From positions 1,171,065 through 1,235,064 of the forward strand of contig CAWIXE010000001.1 in NCBI GenBank assembly GCA_963840035.1: a stretch of DNA of 64,000 nt. The letters run 5' to 3'. Numbering within the stretch: position 1 is the stretch's first letter; each line of letters opens with the position of its first letter. A program made the translations under genes and the position numbers. The notes under the pieces are model-generated. The model was not told where the DNA came from. It did no database searches and saw only the letters and a program-made list of their open reading frames with translations. This stretch comes from a candidate division FCPU426 bacterium. Lineage in GTDB: Bacteria > Oederibacteriota > PGYV01 > Palsa-1178. Shown piece after piece: positions 63,201 through 64,000 of this stretch.

Positions 63201-64000
63201 TGGCCGGAGCGACATCGGGGCAGTTCACATGGGTATACCAGGCAGTGGCGCAGACAGCGGGAATAGTATTTACGACAACAGCGAGAGGAACAGACGCGAA
63301 CAACGCAGCGGCGATAAATACGGGATCAAAGACAACGGCGTCGGTGCAGATATATAATTCAGCGAGCGTAAATCTGACATCAATAGTGATAACGCCTGCG
63401 GGAACGATATCGACAGGCCAAAATTATACAGTGGTAATGGCAGTAGCCAATAACGGATTGGGAACAGCGATAAATGTAGCGCCAAGCGCAGCTGCAGTAG
63501 TTGGAGCGGGATCTACAATAATAAGCGGACCGCTGCCGGCCGGAGGCCAGACAATAAACGCAGCCGGGACGCAGAACTTCACATGGGTATACAGGGCGGA
63601 CGCGGCAGGAACGGTATCATATAATTCATCAGTAGTGGGAACAGACCAGGCGAGTTCGACAGCGCTCTCGGCAGGGCCGGCAACATCCAACAGCATAACA
63701 GTAGTAGGAGCGGCAAGCCTGGTAGCGGACAGCATAACAGCGTCGCCGTCGGAGATAACGGTAGGGGGGCAGATACAGGTGGTAATGCAGGTAAGCAACA
63801 TAGGTACAGCGAACGCAGAGATGGTGCTGCCTGTAACGCCGACAGCGGCGGGAGCTGTAGTAGTGACATCAGCGTCGCCTGTGACAATAACAGGCGGGAC
63901 AAGCGCGAGCTTCACATGGGTATATAACACGACAACGACGGGCGCAAAGACATTCTCGACATACGCGGCTGGAGTGGACGCGAATTCAAGGATAGCAATC
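45269..64000 (+). CDS. Protein D: giant secreted protein (>=6,244 aa, truncated by the window end) with N-terminal module Y and about 52 tandem Ig-like (CARDB/DUF11-like) domains
   Basis: GGAGG RBS, ATG 45269, signal peptide MQRSTREKKFKRILLLLTAVIGLSFGISASAQA. Frame spot-checked at 50042, 55562, 60422 and 63902, and the track reports no ORF closing in this frame. The motif GQxITVxMxVTNTG...FTWTY..GxVxFSG..GxDxNS recurs every ~345 nt. Confidence 0.92.
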   Translation, partial: MQRSTREKKFKRILLLLTAVIGLSFGISASAQAFYYLFGDVYTSTGVFGTAATENSYASLKAYRIGISGQVGVEHSINPFPEQIYAAYTDSGTDYPANFNSEVGSDWSLTPPQIGDNIVTLVQTYNGQFGWAGNSYVGASSRVITAGDYSGYSSTMPNIRMEQIPNPAAQTVNYYDATLTWTGLSQDPQNLVTGYTVYRATQASFGPNTVTFTAGQVKGGLVTFVDSSVSTGTSYYYKLAVNYEWNGGTLAAYTTQANSAVTSLTTKTAVLNQLILSLDFSPSSPLTASTGQTITIIGQALNISGEQINNVNPVLGLSGGAQTTLVQLSNPGTVNIPGGISYLTWTYSANASGIVTVTAAASGVGAGSSNLYIGNVTASKQITVKTKASLSAQSSALPASASVGQQITVILTATNSGQSDCNAGAPSMTVLGNTSAISIATTPGSAIISGGSGTHTYTWIYNTLSTGTVSFSASVSGTDQYSAVVVAAIAPVTGNVLIQTPASIASDISAPAKVSLNQVFTVQMTLTNTGGASVVNFYPNIITNTATVLNLTKPSTTTLPGNSVTTLQWTYSALASGTNIFSGRATGTDANSGSALSTNWKNVSTLIQTRPNLQASLTCAPLQVSINQLITVVMTVSNLGQATADLLTPDSIAFSGPVSYQAGPIPSQYIYITGNTMQDFTWRFTATGPGIASFSCRAFGIDENERSGVTSTASTSPSVNIEVGANLISSLTAWPLKASTGQNITVALTVTNTGASGANNVIPELFPTGTGSIVPVSTPNPTSYSLGGSTSGTFQWVYTVNGPGSLNFQARGAGVDANAGWNVYSSYSQLSITAQDKSALVSIIAVSPENVGLFGFITVVMNVVNNGQSTANNVTPEFMAVPGFATQLTAPVPPAVNITGGNSYNFTWTYSATAYGAIAFSGRAAGTDDNSLLPVYSLYTFAVSNIQTPATLISDMHLLPTSISTGQMCTVRLVVTNTGMATATGVTPNSIIKIGAPGAAVQTGPLPASADIAGGMSATFEWTYLVSLPTGTLAFRNNASGTDTLTGGTVTSTLTSSETRSVIKGASLAASYYAAPSSVNMGGIITVRMVVTNTGDATAQNVQITTVNLIGSAGISPNTSPLPSLRSIAGGASETFTWTYDALGTGNVIFSARVTGQDANSLAAIASAYQLSNQVNVETRAILSAGAYAQPAIANVGQAITLFLRVTNTGLGTADITTPKKPGLSNASLATYFSGPSPADASIVSSTTQEYTWVYSAANTGVLTFTVSARGTDHNSGDILDTNSGTTNAVTIQNASNLNCTIASSAPSVNSGQDLTITMTIHNSGQSGCAGVTPNIIPVGTAGFSAPSINPASAPIGGGATQIFTFVYNATTPGTMVFSGTASGTDANDGTVKISNFGITPQVLVQTGAQLDIDVTALPALVATGQRITVTMSVTNLGQASANGVIPSPLLGAINKTGTADATLIGTVNPASYTIPGGQTRIFTWTYSADGTGTLQFSGSARGTDANTGAVVASPQRNSAQVEIKQPSPSLAAEIYLPLTVVSVQQQFTVIMTVTNTGLIDGTLADLYTCVSTTSGAAVTQLSNPGIGQIIAAQTGVAHFTWTYSAASSGVLNFSGAAKSNTGLGSTAAAVSQNITIQTQAALSASFQALPANTDSGQPLTVVLVANNSGQAAANAVTVNQDVVGTYLTKLGTANVTLISGPLPVSQGIAGGTNGYFTFTYSPSVTGSVAQPLSFQGFVFGYDANTGVTKTSADAVSTITNIQNPASLSAQFNGLPASVNIGDTFAVSMTVTNNGNASALNAAPVPAPGMTIIGTGSVVRLTGNTPASQTLAGGASVTFNWTYSAVGTGLVSFSVHASGTDSNTSETRVSAPLLSQFVVLVREADIASSVIAYPATVSEGEFITVSMTVTNSGEAAALNVSPVAMLLTPSGGATVSLISSPAPLTVTSINGASAHTYIWIYRALTAGNITFGNKVVGADSNDGRILTTTLGTSPSITIMQAAVLASQMTVAPSSASVGQAITMIMSVTNTGTGAANNVYPSVITTFGSAGLSFTSSPTASVPLAAGASAYFTWRYSAASIGTVSFSGNVSAVDVNSSKTISSPMGTSASIAIQTASQLTAAFLPLPANVSTGQTVYVVLLVSNTGGATAISALPETPGQSGTGAFTLAASPGTQPIAGGTLAMYTWTYSASAAGNVVFTSKVNATDLNSSLGISSNIASSSQANVVNAAAFSAGIIAPPSISNNSTVYTVYMSVTNNGQASANNVSAHISYTLTDSPAVTFYKLGPETTNISGNSSASFSWSFSATGTGTVHFSGFATGTDVNSGLTVTLTAQNADSIVQTPAPVLISPAISAYPSQVSIGQVVTVIMRVTNNGLASAANTAPTINNYIGSMVKQLGPLPVNATINANGGFAVFTWTYTPFAAGNVSFTGTATNGVVTSAEGQSNTISVQTKPVITITDTLPNLQVSVGQNITVIMHVANSGGAAIDGMMPNLTAVGDSSSLVKILDAVTGNSIAAGMSQSYTWAYNSTGGGTVSFYMEAWGNDANSGEVILAAPVTTDDVIMETPATLANFLTVPQTVTIGQWFTVYMMVSNTGNSTANNVVPTNLQLSGVGTSIKKTGPTPASQTITGKQAFTFAWTYSAAGTGTVNITGSSTAVDNNSGFAAASNVAAAGLNVNKKVELSASLTASPSLAKTGSQITVVMHVTNNLNCARAISLSVTPQDLGKITTGGAFAAIAAAPSPVSRIVDGNSSTDFTWVYDVGNVVGTISFTGNAIATDYNTGWAASSTVATSNVITVQASAVLKSDIIIPVTNVSVGQLFTVIMNVTNTGGAVSNSTNALPDFIFFGSGNAAKFNGPQPVNQLMNTNDVQQFTFRYTATAAGTLGFSGYATGTDTVFGAIQSPKTAGSLVVIENSSALTATMTAKPSTASVGEIITVIMVVTNTGGATSISAAGITPTTVGSGSVALLSSPAYSDIPGNNWAHEYTWTYSATGAGNIIFTSHAFGTDTNSGAVITTAQLVSSNIVIKTAAAFNSKIWTNSVIANDGTTYNVYMTVTNTGGAAAVNTNAHLSWTGTASITNLTGPDKTSVTIDGFGNTVFAWTYKATGSGNVTFTGFAAGTDENSAVSITDTADAATVTVQTPQPLLTKPSLVISPAQVTVGQLVTVVMGVTNTGLADAVNTTANAFKADFVSGNIILSGPNPATKTVTNQGGFRTFTWTYQATASGLAWVTGTAASLGIVSPEASSNTILIQTAPSLAITYIPLTTPVSVGQDISIIMNIANNGGATITNTAAVLTPIGDASSILKLIGPLPASAVIPGGGSSVAYTWVYRVNGNGTVNFYGEADGRDVNSNALITAAPNSTNDVIMQTPSSLASSIIMPANVSLYQVYTVLMSVTNTGTADAVNVIAPNFFDLSGSVGSSIKTIGGGPAPASQTIPGGQTRYFTWTYSATGTGNMNFKGNVSGQDANSLSGISSAITNTNMLIQKASKLTAVIAAAPSPAKTGENLTVIMAVSNESGSANAVNVSITPDTLEVIMDSLARTETAVSTPSPVMRTIAGASTEYFTWVYKLGNGAGTVAFSARAIGLDGNAGWGITTSKVSSNSVPVLASANLVSSFIPLVSHVSVGQFVTVHMSVTSNGGATSSNTTAPSLIISGNPGSLSYISGPVPANVSLVADARTVFEFTYSAAGSGTVWFSGNATGTDVSFGAINSPLSSSSQVIIESASQLSAEISGVPSQVSVGQFITAYMTVTNTGEAVAMTVVPVTPSAGTNLVTLSGPVPLFSDLAQNASQVFMFTYSANGSGTVNITGLAKGYDENSNVTKTASASSNQIIIQNPVNLAASVTALPATAKVSDDTITVTMRVTNNGQATVNNVMPTITGTGTGVNANYMSGPVPSNATLTAGAFVDFVWTFTGIGTGNLTFSGHAAGLDYNSGLQYAVNSSTALVNVVPNKPVLAASMSAVPSIVSNGQRFTVIMTVSNIGLVDAASVTVSALGIGPAFNSALPNSGPQPFDQAINAGNSGRFTWVFTANTTGSITFSGNAWSLTGNVLSNAPSTTVTAFALPDLSATSIDIYAPPSVFSVGQLMTVVMTVTNTGATDAVNTSPMAPLTNIGTGSATVVSGPAPASATLAAGGGYASFTFVYSAAISGSFAVNGRAEGFDPRTGLAYQSPYISSNNVDIETPTNIASSIMMLGASTVNLKQHVTVVMTVVNNGEAASLTTAPNFINVAAGSTGGLIYLDGPSPANASIAGSGGAATFTWTYSAAGVGTIALSGNAHGTDENSGFAVVSGSTTSNTITIQTPSILAASLSAGPASLGTGSTMSLVMSVTNTGGATANNIRPDPAGIVYVAGGTVTPASGPVPAALTLTAGSSGYFTWIYNAVAAGTVNFTSTARGTDSNELIAVNTASKISNNVVIYPSGNISVSSINASPITVSTGQDITVLMNLANNGTGTSKSVFPLPETNNGTAAVVRISGPLPGTAQDIPALGTQTFTYVYNAQTAGTFIFSGGARGYDQSSGNTLTACCQLSNTVTILNSASLAITGMTASPSQVSTGQQIEVIMSVQNNGDVTAEGAIGVTPVVTVGGGATVFSSPASADIAAGATVNFTWLYNSTALGTSVFSGSAKGYDFYSKITKLAASSSSGSVLIQSPASLSAVTTVSPATIKQTDDTVTVIMTVANSGQAIAQNVIPTITGYGAGTVPSFVSGPVPLSASISNGSPVSFTWTFTAGGLGSLNFSGNAAGTDINSSLPKAANSNIAVVNVVPNKPVLTADLSALPSAATVGQRFTVIMTVTNIGLVDAISVTANANLVTTATQFSGITPASQRINAGLTGHFTWVYTANASGIITLSGNAFSTTGSVYSNGPSTTVNAYSVPDLSESHLDIIGPVTYSVGQTITVVMTVSNKGQTDAVNASPNLPITKIGTASATLLSGPVPASASIAGNNGVSTFTFTYSADSTGTVGFNGNLTGYDSRTGISYNSPLTSTSPVTVISPASLASAFSIIGSGKYNLVEQITVIMTVTNSGAAAADNVLPNPIFVAAGSTGGAILLNAPAVAVSVAGNNGVAHFTWTYSAAGAGSISFSSNVSGNDTNSNMTVTSTMSSSPVVLIQSAAALTANITALNTNVGTGANITVVMNVNNTGEATANAVSPDPVGISSPAAVLLLSGPSPVSVTLTGSYSGSFTWVYRAIAANAGVIFSTTARATDANTGAAINSGSKTTPVGVVIYNSASLSLSPISILPAGPISVGQNFTILMTVSNNGTGQADNVVPNGAAIVGASAVLVSGPAPASYATMASSGNGTFEWIYTATGAGTVAFSGSVNGINNSNSAPISAGPGLSGLVTVVPAASLVADSITASPSEITVGQQIQVVMQVSNIGTANAEMVLPVTPTASGAVVVTSASPVTITGGTSASFTWVYNTTTTGAKTFSTYAAGVDANSRIAKSTIGIISSAVTVQSAPVLAAVIGAVPSTVRQSMDNITVVLNVANSGEAQAVNVVPAITLTGVSSSVVSAMTPGSVSVAGGSSENFTWVYMGTGIGNLNFSANVTGQDAHGAANVTVTSNAADVNVVSNLPILAAAISTIPNVVSLNQNFTVIMTVSNTGLVNAANVTAADLGVGALGTEAVKQGIVTPASQAINAGQHGYFTWIYKANTTGVITLTSTASSTTGPVTSNIATGTVTSYTLPDLSVAHMDIIGPVTYSVGQSVTVIMTVSNIGQTTAINTAANMELTRLGTTAVTLLSGPVPASATIVGSGGVAVFTFTYRADTAGTLGFNGNATGYDVRTGIAYNSGLDSTDMVTVVMPATLTSAISVVGTGKHNINQVITVIMTVTNSGTAAANNVNGNAMYKTSGSTGGVIPQTVASVVGTIGSGASASFTWTYLAVGNGNVTFSGNASGTDANSSAVVSSPMTLSTTELIQSAAVLTGSLTAVNTYVGTGAYITVVMNVNNTGEATANAVTPDPVGISDLTRVTLVSGTPASVTLAGATSGQFTWVYQAVAQTAGIVFTTTARGTDANNAAAINTGSKTTASVQIYNSASVNLTSIVITPAGTISTGQNYTVVMAVANNGLGTAINVAPSAAAVVGAGSTIISGPLPAGGQTINAAGTQNFTWVYRADAAGTVSYNSSVVGTDQASSTALSAGPATSNSITVVGAASLVADSITASPSEITVGGQIQVVMQVSNIGTANAEMVLPVTPTAAGAVVVTSASPVTITGGTSASFTWVYNTTTTGAKTFSTYAAGVDANSRIAI

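Noticed and set aside
46300..63930. Dozens of short ORFs on both strands in the track
   Set aside because: All lie within the giant ORF D and are off-frame or antisense artefacts.
61298..63998. Possible DGR template/variable repeat pair
   Set aside because: The mismatches are not restricted to adenines in either copy, both copies are coding within one ORF, and there is no reverse transcriptase in the window.

Overview
This window looks like bacterial chromosomal DNA, probably from a diderm candidate-phylum organism (inferred from PorV-like and T9SS-CTD-like proteins alongside a PolC-type polymerase; lineage not verified). The first 28 kb is housekeeping, envelope and signalling genes: mannose-type PTS IIC/IID-HPr-EI-galU, the TIGR03546/TIGR03545 pair, a PolC lacking the exonuclease insert, two membrane glycosyltransferases (GT39/PMT-like and DUF2723/TMEM260-like), MgtE, an IMPase, a rhodanese/DoxX pair, a MerR-GGDEF fusion, two PilZ proteins, tRNA-Leu(CAA), TrpB2 and a PorV-like barrel. 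The intergenic DNA carries many 7-bp-periodic inverted repeat elements. The last 35 kb is a giant secreted-protein locus: A (~3,770 aa, Thr-alternating stalks), B (small, with a T9SS-like CTD), C (1,067 aa), a small Xis/BldC-like HTH gene, and D (>=6,244 aa, absent from the ORF track because it runs off the window). A and C end in the same C-terminal module (X). B and D, the next secreted genes after A and C, start with the same N-terminal module (Y). The two promoters in the locus share downstream boxes. This suggests an undescribed modular, co-regulated surface-appendage system. D contains about 52 Ig-like domains arranged in a 7-domain super-repeat.
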